The notes: a model not told the origin generated them from the sequence alone. Counted from the first letter of the whole stretch, positions 1 through 11,599 are shown. The stretch is 58,327 nucleotides of DNA, filler included, from Diploschistes diacapsis (GCA_023645945.1; 5 parts of 5 records of this genome joined end to end with filler, not necessarily neighbours in it); one strand, 5' to 3'. Numbers and translations: made by a program.

Positions 1-392
1 CCCTTCTCCCTCCCCTCTCCGGCAAAGGGATTCCTGAACCTCGTCCTCGCGAACTCGCTCCCATCCGCCCCCGCCGGCGTCCTCCCGTCCACCCTCAAGA
101 TCCTCACCTTCTCCCCCGCTCCCGCGCCACCAGCCTTGCCCTTCGGACTCGAGAATCCGCCCTCGTCCCTATCCTCCTGGCGCTGCGGCCACAGCACCCT
201 CTTCTTCCGCACCGCATGCACCATCAAGCCGAACACGATCCCCCACAGCACCAAGACCACGGCGCCCATGGCGCAGCCAAGCCACTGCAGCGGCTCGGCG
301 CCGAACGCCAGCCCCACGTTCAGCGTCGCCGTCACGAGCGCCGTGTTCGGAAACACGAAGCTGAACCACGTCATGCCGAACTCCAACCCACT

Positions 393-424
<32 letters not shown>

Positions 425-1999
425 GGTGGTGATGCCCCGTGAAGCGCACGCAGCTCCAGTGCGCGCCCACGCTCACGAAAAAGAACCAAAGGGCCAGGCC
501 CCACACCCACAGCGCGGCGCAGTTGCCCAGCAGCTGCACCACGCCGGCCATCAGCGCGCCCGTGCTGCCGCTGCCGCTGCCGCTGCCGCCACCGTCGTCG
601 TCCTGCGCCGGCCCGGCGCCTGGCCCCGTCCCCGCCGAGAGTATCGGCGCGGCGCCCGCGGCCAGCAGGACCAGCGCGTCGCACGTGAAGCCGCTGGGCC
701 CGACCGACACAAACATGGCGGGCCGGATGGGCTCGCGCGGCAGCTTGTGCGTCATGAGGCGGTAGATGAAGGCGGAGTAGATGGTCAGGGAGACGAGGAA
801 GCCGATGCCCTGGGCGGTGAAGCCCGCGAGGAGGATGGTTGTGAGGAGCCGCGGCGAGGTGGTGGCGGCGGGGAGCGCGGTGGACAGGTAGCCGGCGATG
901 GGCCCCACGAGGAGGAGCGGGTAGGCGGGGAAGACCCAGATGGGGGTCATTTGAGCGATGGTGAAGGTTTGGGTGGACCAGCTTTTTTGAAGGGGGGGAA
1001 TCAGTTTGTGGTAAGGGGGATAAAAGGGGTTGGAGGGGTTGGGTGAGGGGGTACTGACATCAGGAGGTAGACGGAGATGGAGGAGACGATGGCGACGGCC
1101 ACGTAGAGCCAGAAGAGGACGACGAGGGCTTGGTTGAGCCAGGGGCCTGTGTTGCCGAGGCCGTACTGTGCGACGTTGAGGATCACTGTGCCGAGGGAGA
1201 CGACGCCGCAGGGAACGAAGAGGGATTCGGTGGGATGGATCAGGGAGGCCTTCAGGGTCTCCGGGTATTTGATGAAGCGGATGGAGATCATGACGCAGTT
1301 GAAGACGAAGAGGAAGAGGTTAAAGATGAAGAATACGGCGCCGATGGCGTCGAGCCCTGGGAAGCGAAAGGGAACTGCGTAGTGTCAGCGTCTCCGTGCC
1401 CCGTTCTTGCGCCCTATGCACAAGCCCTTACTGGTATGCAGTAGGTTCGCAATGCCGCCGGTGGCCATAGTCATGGAAAAGAAGTTCCAAGTGAAATGCC
1501 TGACCCGCTCGTTCCAACCCAGCTTCTCTTCCAGTTTCACTCCCATGTGCGCGAGATGCACCTGGGTTCTGTCAAATGTCTCCCTTATCGATGTTCTCGG
1601 CCGTTCAAAGTCTATACGAAAGGGTGATGTAGCCATGTACGAGAAACCCATGTTTCCAACGTCCAAAGAACCCCATCGGCTTTGTCGTCGAGGAGGGTTT
1701 TTTGCGCCTGGTGTAGGTATGCCGGCATTGAGCCCTTCATGCTCATCCGGTGTCGTCATGGTCATCTCTGGGGGCACGGAGCTCTCTTTGCGACTATGAA
1801 ATCGCCGGTGAGCGAGACTCGGCCGACGCTCTCTGGTGGTGTTCCCGACATGGGGCCCAGGGCTAGGAAGTGTATAGTTTTCAGATATCGAGGGAGTGGA
1901 TGCTTGAGCGGCAGGTCGGATTTCGATTTCAAAAGGTTGTTCTGGTGATGCCGCTTGTAAGATTACTGTAGGTACGTTCACAATCACCTCGCCAGCCAT
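1..1999 (-). CDS. TDT/SLAC1-family C4-dicarboxylate (malic acid) transporter, Mae1-like; intron-containing; 3' end runs off the window
   Basis: RHFTWNFFSMTMATGGIA (ORF 1385-2026) and LIHPTESLF (ORF 1001-1291). The minus strand then reads MTPIWVFPAYPLLL, QGIGFLVS and RPAMFVSVGPSGFT. Start codon uncertain. Confidence 0.9.
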
Positions 2000-3040
2000 T
2001 GTCCAATTCTCCCTTGTTTCTCGCAACAGTCAAGGACACCTCTTAGATGCAGGGCACCATGCAGGAGCGCAATCGAAAAGACATCGAATTGAGAGGTCCT
2101 GTTCTCACGTAGATTAGGTTGGAGAGGAAACATTACGCTTAGTACGTGCCGCCGCACTGAACACAGGATCAATAATCTCAAGAACAATATCATCGGAACG
2201 TCGGATTCCTCTCTGCTCAACAAGAGATTGCTGTCGCAGAAACTTGGCGTCGTTGGTATCAATTCTCATTGGCCGTGGCGTTACCTGAGCCGCAACGACG
2301 GATTCAGATCTGCACACAACGTCCAACAAGAAGGAAGAGGGCATAAGTGCTTGTCAATACTATAAGGTTAAACCGCCAAATAAGTTATAGCGCTTACTCT
2401 ATCTTTGCAGGCAATTCTGTTTTCCCCAGCAAAAGATAGAGTAAACGCTAACATTTGCTTAAGAAACTGTCATGAATGTGGCGGCACACATCTACGTACC
2501 TGACTCACTACAGCTCTCCCACAATCCAGCGGATTATGGTTTCATAACTGGAATGCGAGGATATCGCAAAAGCATGATTCAAGCCACCCACAGAGGTCTC
2601 CTATGGCCGGGAGAACACGCAGCGCAGCACACAACTGCAAAAGTATCAGGATAGCAAATCGCAAGCGGAAATATGTCAAATATATTGCGAGTGAGTAGAG
2701 AACAAAGATGGAGTATACTCCAAAGCCTTGAGCGGCAATTTCTTCGGATGCAGGGAATAGCTGAAGAGGTTGGATAGAAGCCATCCGCTATGGATAACGT
2801 GCCTCCACAGAATTCGATATAGAACAAGGACAGGTCATCAAGCCGAGCGCATAGTGCAATGTATGCTTTTTGGGCCAGCTTACTATAACAGCCCGTGTCA
2901 GTGGTTTGATAGTTACCGAGCTCAAAACACTAACCTTCAGATCCGCCAACATCAGATATTGCCTTTATCAAGACTTCATCCGATAGCCAGAGTAGCACTT
3001 GTGCGAGATATCGTAGCTTCGATATACAGCACCACCAACT

Positions 3041-4042
3041 CTATCGCTGCAGAGTATCGACCCTATGTTTCCTCACCGGAGCCTTCCCCTTGCTCTGTCT
3101 CTTGCGCTGCTTCATCATGTGTGTATACATCACGTAGGATCCTATCAAGCGATTAGCACCGTCCTACGCTCCAGACACGTATTCCTTCTCATCCGTCCTC
3201 TACAATCCAAAAAACTCCCATCTTCAACCGCCCCGACCATGCCCACGAAAAGAGTAACGCAAACAGAATCCAAACCTACCAGGTACATAAAAACCTAGCA
3301 ACCCCCAGCATCCTACAACCTCCCACTCCCCCATCCCAGAATCCCTCGTCGCCAGCCATATATTCGCCATCTCGCTCGCAATCCCCACCGGATACAGCAC
3401 ATAGAAGGTATTGTACCGCAACCACGTAAGCACGCCCGGGTCAGCGCCGCGGATCGTCTGCACAAAGTAGCTGTACCGTATAACCTCGGTGGCGGACCAG
3501 GCCAGCAGCATGGAGGCGTAGAAGGGGGACGTCGTGTTGTGCGCGGGAAATGGGTGGACGATGGCGTGCACGAGGATGAGGCGGGAAGAGACTTGGATGG
3601 CTGTCGTCGAGATTGGGGAGCGCACCAGGCCTGGTGGGTCGGGTGTTTGAGCAAGTTTTCTAGGATAGAACTTGAAGGCGGGGTATGCGGGAATGCAATG
3701 CGCGGAGCAATCTGTCCCTCTGCGCCGAAGAGGAGTGTTTCACGTACCTAGAGCTGCATGCACGATTTCGAGCAACGCGCCTGTCTGCACCCATCGTGCG
3801 AAGTCCCCAACCCCACCGTAGACGTTCTGGTAGCCCACAAGGGGAATGAGAACGAGGACGCGGACAAGGACTGAGAACCACAGTATTGCCGATGCGAGGT
3901 TGTAGATCAACAGATATTGCTGTTGGCGCACCCGCGGAGAGGTGGAGGAGCTGGAGGCTGGAGTAAGGGTTTTCGAGGTGGTGCTTGTCGCGGAAGAAAG
4001 GGTGGGTTTTGAGGTCGGTGAGGTAGAGGTCGAGGAGATCAT
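3041..4042 (-). CDS. PHS1: very-long-chain 3-hydroxyacyl-CoA dehydratase (PTPLA family), 3 exons
   Basis: YLLIYN, VQTGALLEIVHAALG, QVSSR, LAWSATEVIRYSYF, LRYNTFYVLYPVG. The last exon GSYVMYTHMMKQRKR ends at TAG 3041-3043. Confidence 0.92.
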
Positions 4043-4591
4043 GATGGGATGCCTGAGAAATTAGAGGATAAGGGAAAATGGGGAACGCTATTCTGAGCTT
4101 TAGGAAGCTTGGGGAAACTCGGAGAGCTCGTTGAGAAATTTTCTGGGGACCTGGAGCTCACAACTCCCCACATTGGTCCAAGCACTCAAAAACACTCAAG
4201 GCATGGAACAGGAAGGACAAGCTCTCTAATCTGCGCCGTGCTCAGTTCGCGCTCTCCTTGGGCTCGCTGACCAAAAGTCAAAAGTGCTCGTCTTCGTTCA
4301 CCCACCACTGATATTTTGTGAACGCCCCAAGCGCATACACTCACGTTCTCGTTCTCTTCCGCACAGCCCAGACGGCCATGGATTACAAGAAGAGAAGGGT
4401 GGCCCGCCAGTTTCCCGCCCATATCAGCAGAAGACTGGACTCTCTCTACTACTCCATTCGAGATAACCGCTCCTGTTTCTGCATTTCTTGTCTGCTCTCT
4501 AACACTCTTTTGTGGATCCCATTGCTGCCTTTTCCTGTAGGTGCACAGTTTTACGAAACTCGAGCATCTTTGATCCTACGGTCACATAATA

Positions 4592-5377
4592 ATGGGCCCG
4601 CAAGATTCCAATAGAGGATCTACTGGCTCGAGCCGAAGCTAAAGGGTATAAACAAGGAGCTCATCGAGTGGAGGATGGCTCTAGAAATATTATAAACTAT
4701 CAACCTCAGACTCCGAGGGACCAAAATGTTGCCTTAAAACTATACGAGAAGTAGGTAGTATCATGCTTTACACCTATTCATGAGGTATACAGCTTACCTA
4801 GGCGACCAGATGGATAAACATCCTCGAACAGAACAAACAAGACGTGGGGGAGACACAACGTGGTAGTGACGCTCCGGCAGCACCAAGCCTTGAAAAGAGC
4901 TCTTCTCCTCCCGACATTGCCACTATCATGGATTTTATTCGTTTCCACGCCGCCCTTGTGAAAGGACTGCTTCACAAAACGGTCTGATTACCGCCGATTC
5001 GTCAAATACTTTTATAGAGTGGTTCTTCGCTGGGTTTGCTAGAGTTACCGGTAACCGAGTCGAGGAGAAAGTTAGAAAAGCAGCCTACCATGTGAGTACT
5101 CTTCGAAGCACAAAGTTATACTCGTACTGCTAAAGAAAACACTTCCAGTTTACAAGGACAGTTTTGGTTGACGAAGGCGTAGTATCTTGCAAGAGAAAGC
5201 CAAAGTATCTCTTGGGCAAGAAGGAGTTTATCCAATTCACCAAAATCGTTCTGGACCACCGATGATTCTATTTTCGTCCATCCACGTAATAAGGTTCGGG
5301 TTCCGTTTATAATCTCTGTCTTCTGCTGGACGGGAGCAAGGATAGGTGCAGTATCCGATGAGAGGAAATTCAAATAA
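4592..5377 (+). pseudogene. frameshifted, 3'-truncated tyrosine recombinase resembling DUF3435 Starship captain proteins
   Basis: Manual translation across frames and introns gives LLARAEAKGYKQGAHR, PDIATIMDFIRFHAA, TADSSNTFIEWFFAGFARVTG (about 4990-5052), EGVVSCKRKPK, FWTTDDSIFVHPRNKVRVPFIISVFCWTGARIGA (to 5350), then TAA 5375-5377. The downstream catalytic HxxR/Y half was not found. Confidence 0.72.
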
Positions 5378-6738
5378 CGCCAGCACTGGCAAAACAGCGT
5401 AACGTGGGAGTATGAGTCTTTTATTTATTCTACTTGGTTTACTGCATTCCGCGTAATGAAGCGTATCTATTAGATATTCCCATATCTGCCACCTTGTCTG
5501 TTATTAATAGGTTTCGTTACTGTGGACATATTTGCTTCGCTCTCTTGCAAGGGGAGGAGAAAGCTGCGCGCATATTTACTTTTACGACGGAAAGAGACTG
5601 GCGAACACGTTGTAATGACATTAATAGCGCGGCTTGATGGCTACACCTCCTCTCGACCTTTTCGCATATTATTCTAAAGCTTTCTGTTTATGATGTTTGT
5701 AGGTAGGTGCCCGCATTGCGGCCCGAATGTTGTTTTAATCATAGAGTCCCAGCGAGCACGGGCGCTGCTCACTTCAGTATATAGAGGTAATCCATTACAA
5801 GGCGGAGAGCAAGATTATATCTTAAACTCGATTTTATCTTTATTATCCTACGGGTCCCCAGAAAGACTGCTTTTCATTGGAATCGAATCATTATCGCGGT
5901 TTCTATCGCGCCCTAATAGGGCACAGCTGGAACATCTCCGTCGACCTTATCCTCCACAAGGCGTTGACACGAGAAGCAGTGGACGATGGCCAGTGATACA
6001 CTTTCCAGAATCCATGGTCTACCGCCTCGTCGTAAGAGGCTCGTGTGTCAAAAGAATTTTAATGACCTATGCGTCTTCAGAAATCTGTATGGCACGTTTC
6101 TCTTCATAGCTTACATTACGGATTGACGTTCTTTTCTGGTGTTGGCCTTTCTACAGATGACTTTCGTGATTTTGGCTTGTGAAGGGAGTCGTATCAAAGT
6201 CGGGCTGTTTCGTTTTCACGCCAACGGCAGATAACAACGTGAAGCTTGGAATAATAACTTTGTCTAAACCTCAAAGGGATTGTACAACAATAGAGGAAGG
6301 AGAAGGAAGTTATCGTTGAAACGTATACAGCGCTATGCCCCTTGCTTATTATCTCTCCAGAAACCCGTTCTGGATGTTTTGGGTACTTTACAAGCTTAGT
6401 CACACCTGTGTTTTACGCTGGGCAAACTCCCCGGCTCTGGGCACTTTTATGACTACGCAGAAATAACACTTGATGCTGCTGCGATTTCTTCGTCTGGAGT
6501 TACAAAGGGAATCCGGGATATCTCATGCTCTGGAATAGTCCGGCTCAGGTTTGTTGTCCAATGGGCTATCATTGCTGCGCCGCTTTAACATAGTTGCGTA
6601 GATGTAGTCTTCGCTACGTCTGACTCCGGACTATGGGATGTTGACGGATGGGATGCGACAATCTTTATATCTTCCTATACTCGGGGAAGCAGCTGTCGTG
6701 GTGCAACTCTACATTCTTTTGTCTTTCAGAGGCTGTCC

Positions 6739-6978
6739 ATGATGTAAACCCCAGTAGCGGCAATTTCCCGTCCCCTGTTACCTGCCTTTTGGGTCACTCC
6801 TTCTCCTCCCTCACCTTCCATTACTAGCGAGTCGGCATCGGCAATAGTCGAGGCTACCGCGGGGACCAGTGAGTCGCGGAAAACGAGGACTCCAGTCCCA
6901 GTCGCCTGCGCGCCGTGTCAGAAAAAGAAGATACCTGCAAGCGCTCTGTTTCGTTCCATGGGTTCTCATCAGGGCTAA
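6739..6978 (+). pseudogene. relic of a Zn(II)2Cys6 transcription factor N-terminus
   Basis: ATG ATG TAA, then in frame TPVAAISRPLLPA...RKTRTPVPVACAPCQKKKI. This is the first half of the CxxC-x6-C zinc cluster; the remainder is not recognisable. Confidence 0.55.
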
Positions 6979-7839
6979 GGATGCCCAGGCATTCAAGTAC
7001 TGAGAAGTCAAAGCCCACCATTGAACATTACACTCCTGCACTAGAGGTATTGGACGAAGGCGTTTCTTGCCATCGAAGCTCTGGATCGTGGATTTATAGA
7101 TCTAGATTGGGGTTCATCCAAGAAGTCCAAAAAAGTCGAAGATTTCTGCCGCACGGGCTGTCTTCCAAGACGAATGATCGTCGTTGACGGATTTCTGACT
7201 AGAACATATGCACATAAACAATTTGCGGATATGATGTTTAGTGGCTTAATAACAAGAGGAAGCAATTTTACTGTCTTATGGCCTGCAATGCTATCGCTTA
7301 CTCGCAGGATGATGTTGTGATTGCAGTATCAAAGATGTTGCCACGGAAGCCGCCGGAGAATAAGAGTCTGAAGGAAATCGGCGAACACAAAGGATCAGGG
7401 ATCACGGTGTGTAAGTAGGATAAAATGCGCTTTCACTTAGCTCCCTCCCCAAAGTTACAAGATAGGAAGGAAGGGACCCAGATTGCCTTTTACTTCTATC
7501 CTGAAACTTTTGATAGGATCAATTATGTCCCAAAGGTACACCTATCAGAAGCCGTTCCTGTTCAGAATCATCCCTGGTCAGAAATGTCTTCTCTGTATTC
7601 GTATTTGATCTTATTGCATCTGTAGCATTTTTATTAAGCAATTAGAATGGGTCTATTCATTTAGCGAATACAATTCGCAAAAAACAGAGGTAGACCCGAG
7701 TAACATCAATGCCGGAATTAAGATAGCGGAGACACTTCAACCTCATTTGCTTGCATTGCGCTGTCAATGATAGAGCACTGTCTCGATGTTCAAAAATATT
7801 CTGTGAAACCTTGAATGTGACAGAACAATAGCCCGATAA

Positions 7840-9205
7840 TCAGTTCTTCCATTTCCAGTGACGGCCCAACCATTTAATAAGATATACCAGTGCAAGAAGC
7901 ACTGGCACTTCGATCAATGGCCCAACAGTTGATGCAAGAGCCTGATCGCTATCGGCACCATATGTCGCCACCGCCACCGCGATCGCTAGCTCAAAATTAT
8001 TGCTCGCTGCCGTGAAGCTCTGTGTGGCGGAAAGCTTGTACCCGAATGCCAGGTGCTTTGTGACAAGTAATGTTATAAAGAAGATGATTGCAAAATATGT
8101 AACCAGGGGCGCCGCAACTCGAACCACGGAGACGACTTGATGGACGACTTGATGGCCTTGCGAAGCGAAGAGGATGAGGATTGTGTAGAGCAGTCCAATG
8201 AGTGACCAGGGCGCCGCCCATTTGAGGAATACGTCGTTATACCACGGATCGCCGATGAAAGCGCGGAGTGCGAATCTTGTAATGATGGCGGCAGCGAGTG
8301 GTATCCCAAGAAAAACAGCAACGCTTGTTGCGACGACAGAATAGGAGACGTCAATTGCGGCATCGGAGTGACTTATGACTTTTATGAAGAGGACGGCAAG
8401 GGGTGCGTAGAGGACGATTTGTAGGATAGAGTTGATGGCAACTAAAATGGCACAGTATTCGTTGTCGCCACCGGCTAGCCCTGTCCAAATCAGGACCTAG
8501 GATAGTGTTAGCGTACTGAGATACCAGACCGGAGCGAATTGAGTCTTACCATGGCGATGCAACGAGCCAAGCCAACCAATATTAGACCTTCCCGAAGTTC
8601 GCTCTTGTCTGGCAAGAATGCCCAGGAAAGGGCAAGCTGCCGCTGTAAGCGGACTGAAGGGGAATGGCCGGGGACGGTAAAACATACCATCAACAACGGA
8701 GCGACTATCCAATTCATGACAATGCTGAATCCAATCTGTACCCAGATTGCACGTTGCCGGAAGATGTGATGCAGACTTTCATACTTGACTTTGCATAGGA
8801 TCGGGTACATCATCACGAGCAGGCCGATCGCTACCGTGCTGTTAGCATGTAATGCCGATGCCAGAGAGATACAAACACATACCAATGGGCACTGATACCC
8901 TCACAAATTTTCCCTCGTTTAATGCAGGGCCGACCTTGGGGACGAAATTGCCGAGCAAGACACCAACTATCATAGCCAATAGAATCCATACGGCTAGGAA
9001 GCGGTCCAGCCACCCTAAGCTCTTATATACAGAAACTTTTTCTTTAGGTATCGGCCTGTCATTCTTCTCGGGATCGATTGTCATTGAGCGGCAATCGTTG
9101 TTGAGAGAGAAATTCCGATCGATGCGATCAAAATGTGGTGCAGACGGAGAGGAACTCTCTATCTCTTTCTTCAGGGACAATTTCGGGTTCTTTAATTGTA
9201 GACAT
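7840..9205 (-). CDS. ACR3: arsenite efflux permease (ACR3 family), 3 introns
   Basis: LGWLDRFLAVWILLAMIVG, IGLLVMMYPILCKVKYE, LREGLILVGLARCIAMV, AGGDNEYCAILVAINSILQ, QSFTAASNNFELAIAVAVATYG, TVGPLIEVPVLL. In-frame ATG at 9084; the ATG at 9205 is one base out of frame. Confidence 0.95.
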
Positions 9206-9555
9206 GAGTTAAATTGAAACAGTTATACTTAGGAGGCTGAAGTTTCGCGCGCGAGCTATTTATACCGCCGTGTCGCAACGATTGAGGAGTCTGCCGAGCT
9301 TAGTTGAGCCAATTATATCGTTTCTGTGACATACTTTCAATCTGTGACCTTCCACGTGTAGATGCTTATTCATAGGTAATTTCAAGTTTTGGTATTGGAA
9401 GCTAATACAACCTAGACTATGCTCTAATACTCAGGAACAAAGATTTACAGCCAGGAAAAAATTGATCACAACTCATGCAAGCCTCCGTGTGACAGTGTGA
9501 CACGTAGGACAAAGTATAAGGATATGCAGTAGACTATGAGAGTAGAGTATATATA

Positions 9556-9661
9556 CAGTCAGGTGCCAAAAGTAGTTAGGTACACCATAAGCGGCAGTAA
9601 AGAGACAGTCAACTCTTTACTGCCGCTTATGGTGTACCTCACTACTTTTGGCCTAGTACTG
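9556..9661. mobile_element. 106-bp foldback MITE (Tc1/mariner-derived), copy 1
   Basis: CAGT...ACTG ends flanked by TA, long near-perfect inverted arms and an 8-nt loop ACAGTCAA. Near-identical copies at 32645 and 33080. Confidence 0.92.
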
Positions 9662-9665
9662 TATA

Positions 9666-10418
9666 CTAATTCATATCCATGATATGAAATACTGTGGTAT
9701 TTTTGACCGTACATTGCCCTGCACCATCACAACCAAGCTCCACCCTAGCCTCTTCCGTATCCCTGTGCCACCGCATGTTGGCTATGATGTTCGCTGCAAC
9801 TTCGCACGATGTCTCGCACATGCTGTTTGGTAGGTTCAAATCATCTGTACTTGAGGCCTGCGCATGAGGGTCGGCCTGGACTGGGAGCTGAACAGACTCT
9901 ATAGAGTCATCCGTTTCCGCATTTGGCAAAGTATCTTTTGATCCAGAGCCTTCTACTATCAGAGACACATCCTGTCGTCCATCTGGCTCTGATGAAAGTA
10001 TTCGATGCGAAAAATGGAATACCGCTGGAGGCGAGTTGAACGCGCTATCCAATGGAATATCCTTTGCAGGCCGAACCAGACTTGGAGATACCACACCTCG
10101 CGTGCAGCTTCGAAGATGGTCTTCAATTTCTTGCCTTGTAACGCCTTTGCTGACAAGTAGACTGCGCAATCTCTCATTTTCCCACGCAATCTTGCGCGCA
10201 GCAAGCTGTAGCTCTAAACTAGCTTGTGCTCCATGTTGCTCGTAGTCTTGTATCCTCATCCTCATGTCCTCGATGAGTTCTTTCTGGCGGGCTCGTGAGC
10301 GGCGTTGATTCTCGCGGACTCTGACGGTCAAGGGGATGCTGCTCTTCCGATGACGTCGTTAGCCAAGTGGGTTGTTGGAAAGGCGCAAGAAATATCACAC
10401 ACTCACCTGCCGTGGCAT
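9666..10418 (-). CDS. fungal bZIP transcription factor with Cys-containing C-terminal motif; candidate regulator of the arsenic cluster
   Basis: Short exon MPRQ, GTGAGT intron, basic region RVRENQRRSRARQKELIEDM, zipper ENERLRSLL, C-terminus MCETSCEVAANIIANM...LGCDGAGQCTVKNTTVF. Confidence 0.85.
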
Positions 10419-10572
10419 GGTGAAATGGAGGTACAGAGTTGTGAAGATGGATGATCTAGATAAATGATCTAGACGGATGGACGAAGCAATGCTAGATAGT
10501 TGATTGATTACTTAATTGATACTTTTTCTAATTAGCTAGGAAATGCGGAATGCAGAAAGCAAAGACCTATGC

Positions 10573-10588
10573 GTGCGCACGTGCGCAC
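10573..10588. promoter_or_regulatory. perfect 16-bp palindrome GTGCGCACGTGCGCAC in the divergent bZIP/ACR2 promoter
   Basis: Seen directly, centred on CACGTG. Function is inferred only. Confidence 0.35.
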
Positions 10589-10808
10589 ATACGCGCTAGC
10601 CGTAATAAGCCTAGCGTACTACCCTAGGGCTGACAAAAGTTTACTTACGATGTAGCCAGCCAATCACAGCCGAGCGATGACTATCTTGTTACCTAACCTG
10701 GAATCATTCGTGCCATTCTTAAATGACTGCGATCGTGTGTCTCTTGTTCTGCATTCACATACTAACGATGTTTGAAAGATCATCAACCACTAATCGCATT
10801 CTGTGTTA

Positions 10809-11385
10809 ATGGCAGACGCAACAGAAGTCAAAGCCCCATGGTACGCTGCTTATCCAGTCGCGCGGACGCAGACTCCAGCCGCCATTGATCGAGCACAGCT
10901 TCTCGACTTAATCAAAGCTCCTCAAAATGGGAGCAAGAGCTATGTTCTTGTAGACTTGCGACGAATCGACCACGAGGTTTGACTTTTCCGGTCCCGGACT
11001 GGCTCTTACCTAGCTAACAAGAACTTGGACACAGGGTGGAACAATTCGCGGATCTATCAATCTACCGGCGCAGAGTCTGTTCCCTTCGATCCCAACATTG
11101 TACGCTTTATTCAAGGCCGCGGAAATCGAGCAGGTCATATGGTACTGCGGTATGATCACAGAATCTACGATGTCTTTCGTACATGGCTAATGGACTACAG
11201 GTTCCTCTAGAGGACGCGGAAACCGTGCGGCAGCATGGTTTGCGGATTATGTTGAGGATCAGGGGGACGATAGAATGCAAAGTCTGGTTCTGGCTGAGGG
11301 CATTAAGGGATGGGTTGGTGCGGGAGCTGGGTACGTCGCTATGATGGACGAGTACGAGAAGGACACTTGGGAGGAAAAAGAGTAA
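10809..11385 (+). CDS. ACR2: arsenate reductase, Acr2/Cdc25-like rhodanese fold, 2 introns (not in the ORF track)
   Basis: Spliced translation MADATEVKAPWYAAYP...VLVDLRRIDHE/GGTIRGSINLPAQSL...VIWYC/GSSRGRGNRAAAWFADY...GIKGW. It contains the CX5R active-site loop; TAA at 11383-11385. Confidence 0.9.
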
Positions 11386-11599
11386 GAATGTCAGCACAGC
11401 ATGTAGATATTCGTCATGGATTCTACTCTTCTAATAATTTCAAGCATCTGGATTGAGTCTCCGCAACGTAGCATTTCCTAGTATTAGAGAGGTTTAGCAA
11501 CCCTGTCAATGCGCTAGCTGCGTAAGTCCAGATATAGCTAGCGCTTCTTTTAGGGCCTTGGCAATAGACTAGTCCAAATTAAATAATATATTAAAATAC

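Noticed and set aside
136..1046. Long plus-strand ORFs (e.g. 216-1046)
   Set aside because: Antisense shadows of the GC-rich Mae1-like CDS. The same applies to shadows over the sugar porter, methyltransferase, BAT, RXT2 and POB3.
4700..4750. Protein kinase fragment (VALKLY)
   Set aside because: No other kinase motifs; the peptide fits within the recombinase-like frame.
10573..10588. Metazoan metal-response element (TGCRCNC)
   Set aside because: The match is real, but fungi lack MTF-1; kept only as a generic palindrome.
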